A DNA stretch of 64,000 bases from Candidatus Multivorans sp. (GCA_965224025.1 OZ245033.1:2144001-2208000); one strand, 5' to 3'; numbered from the stretch's first letter, positions 1 to 10,370 are shown. A program made the numbers and translations. The notes: generated by a model from the letters alone, not told the origin.

Positions 1-12
1 AGGGCACAGACC

Positions 13-3000
13 ATGGCCGCGCCGACGATTGACGCCGTGACTACGGGCGACAGCGGCCTGACAGTCAGTTGGACCGCTCCCACGAGCGTGACGGGAATCG
101 TAGCATACGACGTTCGCTACATTCTAACCAGTGCTGACGAAACTGACGATGCGAACTGGATCGTTCTCGAGGACGCCTGGACGCCTTACCAGTCACCGAC
201 ACTGGACCCGTTGGTCTCGGCCGTCACGGGACTGACGAATGGAGATGGTTACGACATTCAGGTTCGCGCTGTGGCGGGAGGCGATGGCACGTGGTCCGCG
301 ACTTCGACCGGCACGCCCGCCGATCACGGCGGTACCAACGCGAACGCCGTCGTACTAAGACCAAGCCAGCCTCGAGTTGGATCTCTTCCGGTCGGCAGTT
401 CCGATGTGGACGTGTTCAGCTTCAGCCTGAGGGCGAATCAGGGATATGTGGTTTACGCCACGGGCGCCCTCGACACCTCCGCCGTCGTCAAGAGAGGGAA
501 CGACGACGTCCTGCTAGATGACAACAGCAAGGACGGTCGGAACTTCTTCCTGTCTGCGCGAGAGGGGCGCGCGGGCACCTACTACGTTCATGTGTCGCGC
601 TCAACCGATGACTCGAATCCCGCGACTAGCGCGCCATACGTAATACACTTGAAGCAGGTAGCTGCGGCGCCCCGTGCGTCCGACGCGGTGACCCTTGATC
701 TTGACTCGACGTCCTACGCTATCCCTGGGATCGGCTTCGGGGCCTCCAATCAGTACTTCAAGATCGCGTTGTCCGAGGAAACGGACTTGGCCTTTTTCCC
801 TTCGATTCTCAATGTGACATCAAGGTTCGTATGGGCTGAGGCCGAACTCCTGACTGAGTCAGGCGAGCTGATCGAACACAGTGACTTCAGCCTGCTGCCG
901 CCTTCCTATTACACGTTTCATATCCGGCGCACGCTCCCTGCCGGTACGTACTATCTGAAGGTTAATCCACTTCTGGGAGGAGCCATTCCCGTTCACGCTC
1001 GGGTCGCGGTGGAACCGGGCGACGACCGAGCCAGTGCGGGGGTACTTTGGACACAGCATTTAGCTGACGACGAGGTGGGCGAGAGGTTGGGGCGCGTGGA
1101 GCTCGGAGCGATCAAACCGGCAACGGATAGCGACTACTTCCGGCTTGAGTTGACACAATCGGACGCGGTGTTGATACGTGGCGTAAGCAGTCACCTTCAG
1201 ATCCAGGGCGAATTGCTCGACGGCAACGGCGCTCCGGTTGAGGCCAACCACTACAATCCGGACAATGCCGCCGATCGTGACCTCTATGGCTTCATGATTC
1301 AGGCGTTCTTGAATGCGGGTGAGTACTACGTCAAGGTGACTGGTGTGGATCCGCTCGCCACGGGTCCGTACACGATCAAGGCCATCACCGACCCGTACGA
1401 ACGGACCATTCGTTCAGAGTGCAGCGCTCTGCCTCCGATTGCTACGGGAACTGATCCGCTGTCAGGTTGCGCGTGGCATTTAGCCAATAGCCGGCAGTTC
1501 GGCGGAGCGGGAGAAGATATCAATGTTGAGGAGGTTTGGACGGCAGGATTCAGGGGTGAAGGTATTACCGTCGCGGTGGTCGACGATGGCCTGGACTACC
1601 TGCATCCGGACCTGAAAGACAACGTCGCGCCAAGAGGCAACTATGACTATGTCACGCAGGATAGCCATGTTTTCAACTACAGCGGCGTACACGGTACCAA
1701 CGTGGCCGGGGTTCTTGCGGCGCGCGACAACTTGATCGGCAGCAGAGGCGTGGCGCCGCGTGCGACGCTCTTCGGCTTCAGCTTGCTGAAAGCACCCTCT
1801 GCCGGCAACCAGGTCGATGCGGTACTCCGGGGACACGAGGCCATGGCTGTTTCCAACAACAGCTGGGGACTCGGTCCGAGCATGATACCGTCCATGACGT
1901 TCCGTGCTCTCACGGCTGCACTTGAGGGCGGGGTTACCGACGGCTACGGCGGCTTGGGGACCTTCTATGTGTTCGCGGTTGGAAACCTAGCTGAAGAAGG
2001 TGGCATCGCGAGCTTGCAGGAGACACACAGTTGGCCGTATGTAACGGTTGTCTGCGGCGTCAACTTGGAGGATTGATGACGCTACGCAGCTATGGCCGCC
2101 ACGATAGGAATTTCGGAGGAACGTCCGCGGCCGCGCCGATAGTGTCCGGTGTAGCCGCGCTCGTGAGGCAGGCGAATCCGAGGTTGACGTGGCGCGACGT
2201 CAAGATGGTTCTTGCGGAGTCTGCCCGGAAGAACGATCCGGACAGTACGGGTTGGTCGAAGGGCGCAAGGAAATATGGATCGGCGGACGAGTACTACTAT
2301 TTCAACGATGAGTACGGGTTCGGCGTCGTCGATGCGGGTGCTGCTGTAGACGCGGCAAGTAGCTGGACGAACTTGCCGGAGTTCAAGAGCAGCGAGTATC
2401 GGGTTGAGGACGGTCTGGTGATCCCCGATGCCTCGGGAACGATTGAGGAGGTCGAAAGCGCCGTAACGGTTGATGAGACGATAGGGTTCGTGGAGTGGGT
2501 CAGAGTTGAACTTGAGTTTGATACCCCGAGAATTCGTGATCTGCGTGTAGAACTCGTGTCTCCATCGGGAACGGTCTCGGAGTTGTTGGTCCTGCCGGAC
2601 CCGAGCCTTCTTCCGTTCTTTCCGCCTACGCCATTCAGCAGCAGGTTCAGTATTGGGTCGGCGAAGCACTTGGGTGAACGGCCGACTGGCACTTGGAGGC
2701 TTCGGCTCTCGGATGGCGTCGACGTCGGCGGCGACTCGAGTTTGAGTTCGTGGCGACTGTTCATCTACGGCCACGGAGGCTCTGTGGCTTCGCCTCCTCC
2801 TCCTCCTCCTCCTCCTCCGCCACCGCCTCCTCCGCCGCCGCCTCCTCCGCCACCGCCTCCGCCTCCGCCGCCTCCGCCTCCGCCTCCGCCGCCGCCTCCT
2901 CCGCCGCCGCCTCCTCCGCCACCGCCTCCGCCTCCGCCGCCTCCGCCTCCGCCTCCGCCGCCGCCGCCGCCGGAGGAAGTGGTGGCCGTGCTTGGCGTGA

Positions 3001-4064
3001 ACAATGTTGACTGTTCTGAACGTAGGCTCTGCGTGGTCTACACGGACGGTGAGGTCGGTTTCGACGACCGAAGCCGCGGGCCTGTGTCAACGAGATGGTG
3101 GGACTTTGGCGATGGCGCCAGCGCGTCGATCAAGTCGGTTTCCCATAAGTGGTCGGAACCGGGATTCTACCGCGTTGTACTGTCAGTTGCCGGGGCGGAT
3201 AAGACATCTTCGTCTCACCAGGATTTCCTCGTGAGGCCGCAAGTGCCAAGGGGCTCATGTGAGCCGGCCAGCGGGGTTCTGTGTCTGCACGAGGAGCGCT
3301 TTGCGGTGACGGGCGAATGGTGGTCGCACGAGTCTCCCCAGGAGGCTCGGATCGCCTATGCCGGGACTGACGATTCGGGGCTGTTGTGGTTCTTCGTGGA
3401 GGAGAACTGGGAGGCGCTGATCAAGGTCCTGGACGGGTGCGCTATCAACGGCCACTATTGGGTGTTTGGGGCTTCGACCACGGACGTTGGTTATCGGATA
3501 ATGGTCATGGACACCGTGGCCGGTTCCGTGCGAGAGTATTCCCACGAACCCGGCAAGGCAGCTCAGGCCATCACCGATGTGACGGCGTTCAGCGGATGCC
3601 GCGGCCCGACCTCGACTTCAGCTTCGCTTGTGCGGTGGGAGCCTGTCCTCCTCGAAGGGGCATCAGAAGACGCCGCAGTCGAACCAGGCTGTGCGCCGAA
3701 CGACCAGCGCCTGTGCTTTCAGGAGGGTCGCTACGAGGTCTCCGTGTCTTGGTCGTCGGTGGACGGCGCTGAGGGCCAGGGGCGCACGGCTAGGCGGCGC
3801 ACCGACGACTCTGGAGTATTCTGGTTCTTTGAACCGTCCAATTGGGAGGTCCTGATGAAAGTGCTCGATGGTTGTGCCGTGAACGGGCACCGATGGGTGT
3901 TCGCGAGCTCGGCTACAGATCTTGGATTGGAGTTCAACGTGAGGGACACGCAAACCGGCCGTCGACGCGTCTACGTCACGGGACCTGGTGAGCCTGCACC
4001 GGCTCTCATCGACACGGTAGCTTTCGCGGATGGTTGCGTCGCTCCCGGGGACTCTGGAAAGTGA
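13..4064 (+). pseudogene. Multidomain kexin/furin-like S8 serine protease (FN3, PPC-like repeats, S8, P-domain, poly-Pro, PKD, two Cys-containing C-terminal repeats), split by a frameshifting deletion near 2070
   Basis: Frame 13..2076 has FN3 (LTVSWTAP...YDIQVRA), catalytic Asp VAVVDDG and His HGTNVAG. Frame 2031..4064 has catalytic Ser FGGTSAAAP, LTWRDV, YGFGVVDA, P-domain (ELVSPSGT, GTWRLRL) and PKD WDFGDG. May extend upstream of the window. Confidence 0.85.
2793..2972 (+). repeat. Poly-proline tract of 60 CCN codons containing an exact 69-bp tandem duplication (2826-2894 and 2895-2963)
   Basis: Read directly: 180 nt of cct/ccg/cca codons; the two 69-nt blocks are identical. Confidence 0.9.
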
Positions 4065-4131
4065 TCGTGCTGCCGATTCGGAGCACGCAGGTTGACTTTC
4101 GTGGCTATGCATTCTGTGGAAAGGGAGGTCA

Positions 4132-4746
4132 ATGGTGAGAAACTCTTCGCCCCTGCCTGATGGGAGATCGCATCGGCGAAGCACGGCGCTGAAGATGTTG
4201 CTCCTCGTGCTACCCGGCTCTGTCCTGGTCGGATCGTTTCAAGGAGAAGCGCCGGCACTGGGTCAGGTCGTTGGGGCGGTCGAGTCGAGTCGGCCGCAGG
4301 AAGGTGTGCCCCACACTTGGTACGACGGCGACCGGGTCAGGAAGGCGTGGCTGCAACCAGATCTCACAGTAAGGGACGTCGGAAAGAGCCTGTCGGACAG
4401 AGAGCAAGTCATTCAGCACTTGGCAGGACGTGTGATCGTCCGAATGGAAAGTCGTAATGAAGTCCGCGTGCCGGTCTTTAGGTCGGAATCGGGAGAGCTG
4501 ATGACCTTGCCGGGCGGTGTTCTGGTGATTCTCGACCGCTCTTGGAGCGTGGCGCAGACGAACCGGTTCTTCAGGTCAAACGGAATAGCTCCAGAGAATA
4601 TCCTGCCGTTGGACGGCTTGAAGAACGGCTTCCTGGTTCGGACACTGCCGGGTTTCCCCTCCTTGGAGCTGGCGAACTCGCTCGCAACTCAGCAGGGGGC
4701 CGTAGTGGCCAGTCCCAACTGGTTGCAGGAACTCAAGGAGCAGTAA
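4132..4746 (+). CDS. Secreted protein, probable external chaperone or free propeptide of the upstream S8 protease
   Basis: Hydrophobic N-terminal segment; C-terminal domain PVFR...LMTLPGGV...ASPNW resembles subtilase propeptide-like domains; lies directly downstream of the protease; gggagg RBS. Confidence 0.55.
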   Translation: MVRNSSPLPDGRSHRRSTALKMLLLVLPGSVLVGSFQGEAPALGQVVGAVESSRPQEGVPHTWYDGDRVRKAWLQPDLTVRDVGKSLSDREQVIQHLAGRVIVRMESRNEVRVPVFRSESGELMTLPGGVLVILDRSWSVAQTNRFFRSNGIAPENILPLDGLKNGFLVRTLPGFPSLELANSLATQQGAVVASPNWLQELKEQ

Positions 4747-4859
4747 CGCCCCGCAGGTTGCTGGGCATCCAGCTCGTTGCGTCGGGCACCGTCGCTTGGA
4801 GGTGGAACTCCAGGGTGGTCACCGCTGCTACGAACACCCAGCGGTAGGCTGCCGGCCGG

Positions 4860-5319
4860 CCTGTAGACGCGGCTGAAGGCGTATGGCGAGAGTCTCTCCG
4901 GACCGCGGCGCGACCTGAGCGGCGATCGCTGGGTCTACCTCTGGGCGGACGGCATCTACAGCGGTCCGCGGCGGACGTCGGAGCGGCTCTGCGTACTGGT
5001 GATCATCGGGGTCAACGAACGCGGGGAGAAGCACCTGCTCGCGGTCGAGGACGGCGTGCGCGAGTCCATTCAGAGCTGGCGCGAAGTGCTGCTGGACCTG
5101 AAGCGCTGCGGCCTGGCAGAGGCGCCGAAGCTGGCGATGATCTTCAAGCTCGGAACCTGCGCCCAAGCCCGCCGGCGGCGCCTGCGAGGCTTCGACAAGG
5201 TCGCCAAAGTGATCCGCGATGTCCGTTTCGTTGACGGCATCGAACAACACCAGGACGCCGATCAGACCAGGAACGCCGCCTGATGATCAACCGCCCATAC
5301 ACGAAATTGACCATAGCTC
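4860..5319 (+). mobile_element. IS256-family transposase remnant (internally deleted) with right end
   Basis: WVYLWADGIYSG...LCVLVIIGVNERGEKHLLAVEDGVRES..SWREVLLDLK..GL..APKLA joined directly to C-terminal MIFKL...RRLRGF; terminal tacacgaaattgaccatagctc at 5298-5319. Confidence 0.85.
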
Positions 5320-5517
5320 GAAATTTGGAGTATTCTGCTGTTCCGGCCTCAGCGGGAAGCGCCTCAGCGGCGGCCTTGAGTAACGGGAAGGGGCACTCTC
5401 GTTCCGCAGCCAGGCTCGATGCTGTCGGCTTTGCTGACGGCATCGAGCGACGGTTGACACGTGGCATCCCGAGCCGGCTCCCGATTGTGGGTTGTAGGAT
5501 GAAGCGGAGGTCTGGAG

Positions 5518-6657
5518 TTGCCCCTAGTACCAGCCAGACGGGTTTGGGTTTCGTGGACAGGCGGCAAGGACTCGGCATGGTCGTTGCGTAGGTTGCTAGC
5601 GCAGAAATCGACATGGGAGGTGCGAGGACTGATCGGTGTCGTGAACAGGCCCTTGGGCCGCGTGAGAACCCACGGCGTCAGGCCTGGCCTGATCGAGCGG
5701 CAGGCCAGCGCGGTGGGCCTTCGGTTGCTATGGGTCATGTACGACTGGCAGGGCTCGTCGAAGGCCTACGAACGGGAGATTGGTCTAGCGTTCTCCGATC
5801 TGCGGGCAGGGGGAGCGGAGGCGATCGCCTTCAGCGATCTGTACGCGGAACGGCACGGGGAGCGGTTGAGCGCCTTGGCGGTGGCTGCTGGACTCGAACC
5901 CGTGTTTCCGCTGTGGGGCCTTGATCCTCGCGATCACGCGTCGACGATGTTGACCGCGGGAGTGTCGGCCCGGGTATGCTCGGTGGCGACGGAGGCTCTG
6001 CCGGCGAAGTTCGCGGGCCGGCGTTTCGATGCGGACTTCCTGGCGGATCTGCCGGCTCATGTCGATCCGTGCGGCGAAGCCGACGAGTTCCATACGTTCG
6101 TCGAGTGGGCGCCGGGCTGGAAGAAGCGGATCGAAGTGGATTGGGTGCGCACGATCGACCGCTTCGGCTCCGCCGTGGCAGACTTGGCGGCCAAGGACGA
6201 CGCCACCGAGCCGCCTCCTTTCGTGGTGGGAGGCAACCTCGACTGGTCGGATGCAGGCGGCTTTGCCAATGGAGCGGACTACTGCCCGTTCCGCTCCATC
6301 GAGCGTCTGAGACGCGTGGAGCGCTACGTCGCCGAGCGTTTGGCGGAAGAGTTCCAGATCGATGACGTCGCTGCCGTTGCCGCGATGACGGCGAACGGCT
6401 TCGGTCGCTTCTTTCGGCGGCATGTGGGCGTTACGTTCGGTAGCTGGCTGGCTTGTCGGCGAGTAGAGAAGGCGTGCGAGCTGTTGAGGGGACCGGACCT
6501 TCCGGTGGACTTCATCGCTCGTGCGGTCGGTCTCGGCACCGACCGGAACCTGCGTCGCGTGTTCCAGAAGGTGCTCCGTTGCAGTCCTTCGGAGTACAGA
6601 AAGAGGCACCTTCCCAAGCTCGGCGCGGGCCGGCGCGCACGGCGAAAGCCGGCGTAG
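5518..6657 (+). CDS. Dph6/COG2102-like PP-loop ATPase fused to a C-terminal AraC-type HTH domain
   Basis: SWTGGKDSAWSL PP-loop, PVFPLWG, DPCGEADEFHTFV; C-terminal DDVAAVAAM...FGRFFRRHVG.TF...IARAVG...LRRVFQKVLRCSPSEYRK. Confidence 0.85.
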   Translation: MPLVPARRVWVSWTGGKDSAWSLRRLLAQKSTWEVRGLIGVVNRPLGRVRTHGVRPGLIERQASAVGLRLLWVMYDWQGSSKAYEREIGLAFSDLRAGGAEAIAFSDLYAERHGERLSALAVAAGLEPVFPLWGLDPRDHASTMLTAGVSARVCSVATEALPAKFAGRRFDADFLADLPAHVDPCGEADEFHTFVEWAPGWKKRIEVDWVRTIDRFGSAVADLAAKDDATEPPPFVVGGNLDWSDAGGFANGADYCPFRSIERLRRVERYVAERLAEEFQIDDVAAVAAMTANGFGRFFRRHVGVTFGSWLACRRVEKACELLRGPDLPVDFIARAVGLGTDRNLRRVFQKVLRCSPSEYRKRHLPKLGAGRRARRKPA

Positions 6658-6748
6658 GATTCCGCTCACCAGCAGCGGCAGGGTCCGGCGGCGGTCGCTC
6701 CGCGAGCAGTACTTTCGCGGCCAACTGGCGACCGGCTTCTGAGCCGGC

Positions 6749-6823
6749 CTCGCTGGACGGTCCGACTACCTGTCGATGCACCCGCCGCTCAACGCCGAGA
6801 CGCGCCACGTGCTCTCCGGCCCC
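6749..6823 (+). pseudogene. Tiny relic of a D-isomer-specific 2-hydroxyacid dehydrogenase
   Basis: Translates to LAGRSDYLSMHPPLNAETRHVLS, matching the SDxxSLHxPLxxETRH motif, with no surrounding gene. Confidence 0.5.
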
Positions 6824-6917
6824 CAGGCGGCGGCTTCCACCTTGTCGCTGTAGCAGGCCCGGAGCAGCGGTGTTCCGCGGAACGGGTTGGCGTTCACGCC
6901 CCCGCGGAGGCCCCGAC

Positions 6918-9446
6918 TCAGAACCAGAACCGGGCCGAGAGAGTGATGTCACGCCCGGGCAGAGGCGCGAAGGTCTTCAGGAAGGACGTATGCACGCGCG
7001 CCTCTTCGTCGGTCAGGTTCCGGCCCCGAAGCAGCAGATCGAGGATCTGATTCTTCAGGACGAAGCGGCGTCCGACGTGGGCGTTGAGCATGGTGTAGCC
7101 GTCGGTCGGCGTCTCCAGCTCGGCGACGTCGTGCTGGTCGTCGACGAAGCGCCACTCGACCGCGGCCCGCCAGTCGTGGCCGTGGTAGTGCAGGCCGGCG
7201 CCCAGGCTCATCGGCGGAATCCGCGGCAGGTTGCCGCCCTGGTCCAGCTCGGCGTCGACGGTGTCGCCGAGCAGCTCCAGGTGGAGGTGATTGTCTTCCC
7301 ACTCCAGGACCTCGATCCGGGCCCGGAGTTCGGCGCCCGTCATCATCGCGTCGCCCTGGGTGTAGAGAATGACCACGATGTCGTCGATCTGGGCGCCCGT
7401 GAACGCCTGGTAGATGAAGTCCTGGAAGTCCTGCCGGAACAGAGTCAGCTCACCCTGGAGGCGGCCCTCGTTCTTGCGCAGGGAGAGGTCCAGGCCGTTG
7501 CCGACTTCGGCGTCCAGGTTCGGGTCGCCGATCTCGTAGGTCAAGGTGGCGACATGGATGCCGTCGGCGAACAGTTCCTCGCCGGCCGGCAGGCGGACGG
7601 AGCGGGAGGCGGAGAGGCCGAGGTTCCAGGTCTCGTTGGCCTTCCAGACCAGGCCGGCTGAGGCGGATACACCATCGCCCGACCAGGTCGAGCCTCCGTG
7701 CGGATCGTGCTCGGCCTGCTCGAAGCGGGCGCCGAACTGCCAGCGGACGGCGCCCTTCTCGATCTCCTGGGACGTGAAGACCGCCCAGTTGTTCGACGCG
7801 GTCGGCGGTACGTAGGCCTCGGCCCCCACGGCGGCGAGATCGCGGTCCGAGTACTGCAGCCCGACGCTACCCCGGCTGGCGCCGCGGACGCGCTGGAACA
7901 TCTCGACCCGGGTCTCGAAGTAGTCGTTCGTGAACAGGGTGTCCGGCTCGTCGCCCTCGAACTCGACGTGCTCGTAGTCCGTTCCGGCCATCCTGATCTC
8001 GAGCTTTTCGAAGCCGCCCGAGAGCAGGTAGATGTCGCCGCGCAGGTCGACCCGTTGCTGCTTCATGTCGACGCGAACGGGCGCTTCCTCGTCGTCGTGG
8101 TCGCCCTCGTCGTCGTGGTGTTCGTCTTCGTCGTGGTCGTCCTCGTCATCGTGGTCGTCCTCGCCTTCGTGGTCTTCTTCCTCGTGCTCGTGCCCGCCAT
8201 GCTGGTGGGCGCCCGGCGGGATGCCGTACTCCGTGTTGAAGCCGCTGACTGACACGCCGAGGAAGCCGCGGTCGCCGAAGAACCGGGTTACGCCGAAGCG
8301 GCCGCTCTCAGTGCGGAGGTCCGTGTTCGGGACGACACCGAACGGGTTCTCGAGGTGCTCCTCGCTCTCCTCGTGGTCTTCGTCTTCGTCGTGGTCGTCC
8401 TCGTCGTCGTGGTCGTCCTCATCGTCATGGTCGTCGTCTTCGTCCTCGTCGTGGTCGTCCTCGAGGCGAGAGTGGCCCGGGATCTCGTAGGGATCCGTTT
8501 CCCGGTTGACTGCGCCGATAGTCCAGGCCCATTCGCCGGCGCCGCCGCTCAGTTCGAGGGCGCCCATTCGCTCGTCGGCTACTGAGCCTCCGACCAGGTC
8601 GACCGTGCCGCTCAGGCTCTTTGCGGCGCGGCTGGTGGGAATGCGTCCGTCGATGACGTTCACTGCGCCGCCGATGGCGCCCGAGCCGTAGCGAAGCGTG
8701 GCCGGACCGCGAAGCACTTCGATCTGTTCCGCGTGGGCCGGCTCGGACGTCACGGCGTGGTCGGCGCTGACGGCGGAGGCATCGCCGGTGCCCAGGCCGC
8801 CGGCGAGCACCCGCACGCGGGCGCCGGACAGGCCGCGGATGATCGGCCGGCCGGCTCCCGGCACGAACGCCGTGGAGGACACACCGGGTTCTGAGGCGAG
8901 GGTCTCACCGAGCGTGGCGCCCATCCGCAGTTGCAGGTCGGCGCCGCTCAGTACGGAGACCGCGTTCGACAGCTCGGATTCGCTGCGGAGATCGCCGGTC
9001 GCCGTGACCACGATCTCGTCGGAGTGTGCTATGTGGTCGATTTCCAGTTCGACGGCCGTCTCCTCCCCGGCCGCGACGGTGACCCCCTGGTTGGTCAGGC
9101 CGACGGAGGGGATCTCGACGACCAGAAGGTAGGTGCCGGGCGGTACGGCATCGAAGGCGAAGGTGCCGTCCTCGTCCAGCACGGCGCTTAACGCGAGTTC
9201 GGGGAGTCTGGCGGTGGCGAGCGTGACGCGTTCGTCGCCGTGCGTGTGCAACTCACCGGCGATCGAGCCGGTGTCCTGGGCCATCGCGGCTGGGACCTGG
9301 AGCAGGGAGGCCAGTACCAGGGCGAGCAGGCCCGCCGGGGGTGGCAGGCCGGCGGGGACTCGGGTGTCCGACGAAGATGGTTGCGCCGCGGTTGGGCGGC
9401 TTGCCGCTGGATGGGAACTGAGAGGTGTCGAGGGTGCTGGGACCAT
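6918..9446 (-). CDS. TonB-dependent receptor, ZnuD-like zinc/metal uptake type
   Basis: Signal peptide, carboxypeptidase-like N-domain, IVVTAT TonB box, plug (RPIIRGL, IEVLRGPATLRYGSGAIGG), His/Asp-rich loops, LPRIPP, C-terminal aromatic RFWF. Confidence 0.9.
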   Translation of the reverse strand: MVPAPSTPLSSHPAASRPTAAQPSSSDTRVPAGLPPPAGLLALVLASLLQVPAAMAQDTGSIAGELHTHGDERVTLATARLPELALSAVLDEDGTFAFDAVPPGTYLLVVEIPSVGLTNQGVTVAAGEETAVELEIDHIAHSDEIVVTATGDLRSESELSNAVSVLSGADLQLRMGATLGETLASEPGVSSTAFVPGAGRPIIRGLSGARVRVLAGGLGTGDASAVSADHAVTSEPAHAEQIEVLRGPATLRYGSGAIGGAVNVIDGRIPTSRAAKSLSGTVDLVGGSVADERMGALELSGGAGEWAWTIGAVNRETDPYEIPGHSRLEDDHDEDEDDDHDDEDDHDDEDDHDEDEDHEESEEHLENPFGVVPNTDLRTESGRFGVTRFFGDRGFLGVSVSGFNTEYGIPPGAHQHGGHEHEEEDHEGEDDHDDEDDHDEDEHHDDEGDHDDEEAPVRVDMKQQRVDLRGDIYLLSGGFEKLEIRMAGTDYEHVEFEGDEPDTLFTNDYFETRVEMFQRVRGASRGSVGLQYSDRDLAAVGAEAYVPPTASNNWAVFTSQEIEKGAVRWQFGARFEQAEHDPHGGSTWSGDGVSASAGLVWKANETWNLGLSASRSVRLPAGEELFADGIHVATLTYEIGDPNLDAEVGNGLDLSLRKNEGRLQGELTLFRQDFQDFIYQAFTGAQIDDIVVILYTQGDAMMTGAELRARIEVLEWEDNHLHLELLGDTVDAELDQGGNLPRIPPMSLGAGLHYHGHDWRAAVEWRFVDDQHDVAELETPTDGYTMLNAHVGRRFVLKNQILDLLLRGRNLTDEEARVHTSFLKTFAPLPGRDITLSARFWF
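8085..8463 (-). repeat. Two His/Asp/Glu-rich repeat tracts (HDDEDD-type 18-nt units) in receptor loops
   Basis: tcgtcgtcgtggtcgtcc-like units at about 8085-8208 and 8355-8463. Confidence 0.85.
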
Positions 9447-9677
9447 GGTGACGTTCCTGTTCTGCTGAGTGCGAGTCGGTGAAAGAGGACGATCGTTGCG
9501 GCGAGCCGTAGGCGCCTGGAATCGCTGGGCCTCGATTCGTCGAACGGTGAGAGCCAGCTACAGCCGCCCCGGCGACGGATGTCGCCGCGGTCGATGGGGC
9601 GACACCGCTGGTCTTTCGGATGGCCGATCTGCTCCGACACCTGTCGGAGGCGGGAGCAGGCCGGGGCCGGTTTCGAC

Positions 9678-10055
9678 TCAGCTTCGAGGCGGACCGCGAG
9701 CGGTGTGCTGCCAGGACTCGCCGTTCCTGGGGCTCTCTCCGTTGCCGGAACCGGGCCCCGCGGAGACAAGGTCCAGGGCAGCGGCGATCGACCTTCTGTG
9801 CTCGGCCGGCGGCTGGGAGCGGCCCAGCTTGCACGCGACGCAGGAGTGGTCGTGAAGCGATGCCGCTTCGCCAACCGTGGCGCGATCGCTTGCCGCGGCG
9901 CCTTCGGCCTCGTGGTCGACGGCGCAGTAGGCGGCGCTTGCGGCAGCCAGGTCGTGTCCGTGTCCGCTCGAGTCCCAGGCGCCCGCGAGCAGCGTGGCGA
10001 TCGTCAGCGCCAGTGCGCTGACGACGGCAACCGGAGAGCCGGGTCGGCGGAACAT
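9678..10055 (-). CDS. DUF2946-like leader protein (signal segment, His-rich, CxxC, terminal RGPP)
   Basis: MFRRPGSPVAVVSALALTIATLLAG...GHGHD...HDHSCVACKL...TARGPPRS*, upstream of and co-oriented with the receptor. Confidence 0.75.
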   Translation of the reverse strand: MFRRPGSPVAVVSALALTIATLLAGAWDSSGHGHDLAAASAAYCAVDHEAEGAAASDRATVGEAASLHDHSCVACKLGRSQPPAEHRRSIAAALDLVSAGPGSGNGESPRNGESWQHTARGPPRS

Positions 10056-10078
10056 CGCAGTGGAGAGTAGCAGAGGCC

Positions 10079-10370
10079 CTAGCGCCGACTGAGCACAACC
10101 TGGTGGGCGCCGCGGCGATCGTCGCCCTCGCCGGCTGAGGCACTGAGCGCGAACTCGCCGGCCGCAACGGCAACTTGCTCGAAGGTCGCGGTGCGCTGTT
10201 CGGGCGCCAGGTCCTGTTCGAACGTCCGATCGCCGAGGTCGAGACGCAACGGGCCCGCGGAGCCCGCGCCGCTCCGTGCCGGCGCCGGCATCTTCGGGCG
10301 GTTGGCGGGCGCCGCAGGCGAGCCCCAGGATGCTGAGCAGAATCACGCTGATCGGTGCGCTACGCTTCAT
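10079..10370 (-). pseudogene. Collapsed lipoprotein gene remnant (N-terminal lipobox plus out-of-frame C-terminal piece)
   Basis: MKRSAPISVILLSILGLAC signal, followed in another frame by a protein-like tail ending GAHQVVLSRR*. Confidence 0.35.

Noticed and set aside
2040-2100. Programmed frameshift joining the two protease halves
   Set aside because: No slippery heptamer, and conserved S8 sequence appears to be missing, which fits a deletion.
2693-3090. Poly-Ala/Ser, poly-Gly and Ala/Glu ORFs
   Set aside because: Alternative-frame shadows of the poly-Pro tract.
8085-8463. Periodic repeats resembling a CRISPR array
   Set aside because: In-frame coding His/Asp repeats with no unique spacers; no cas genes in the window.
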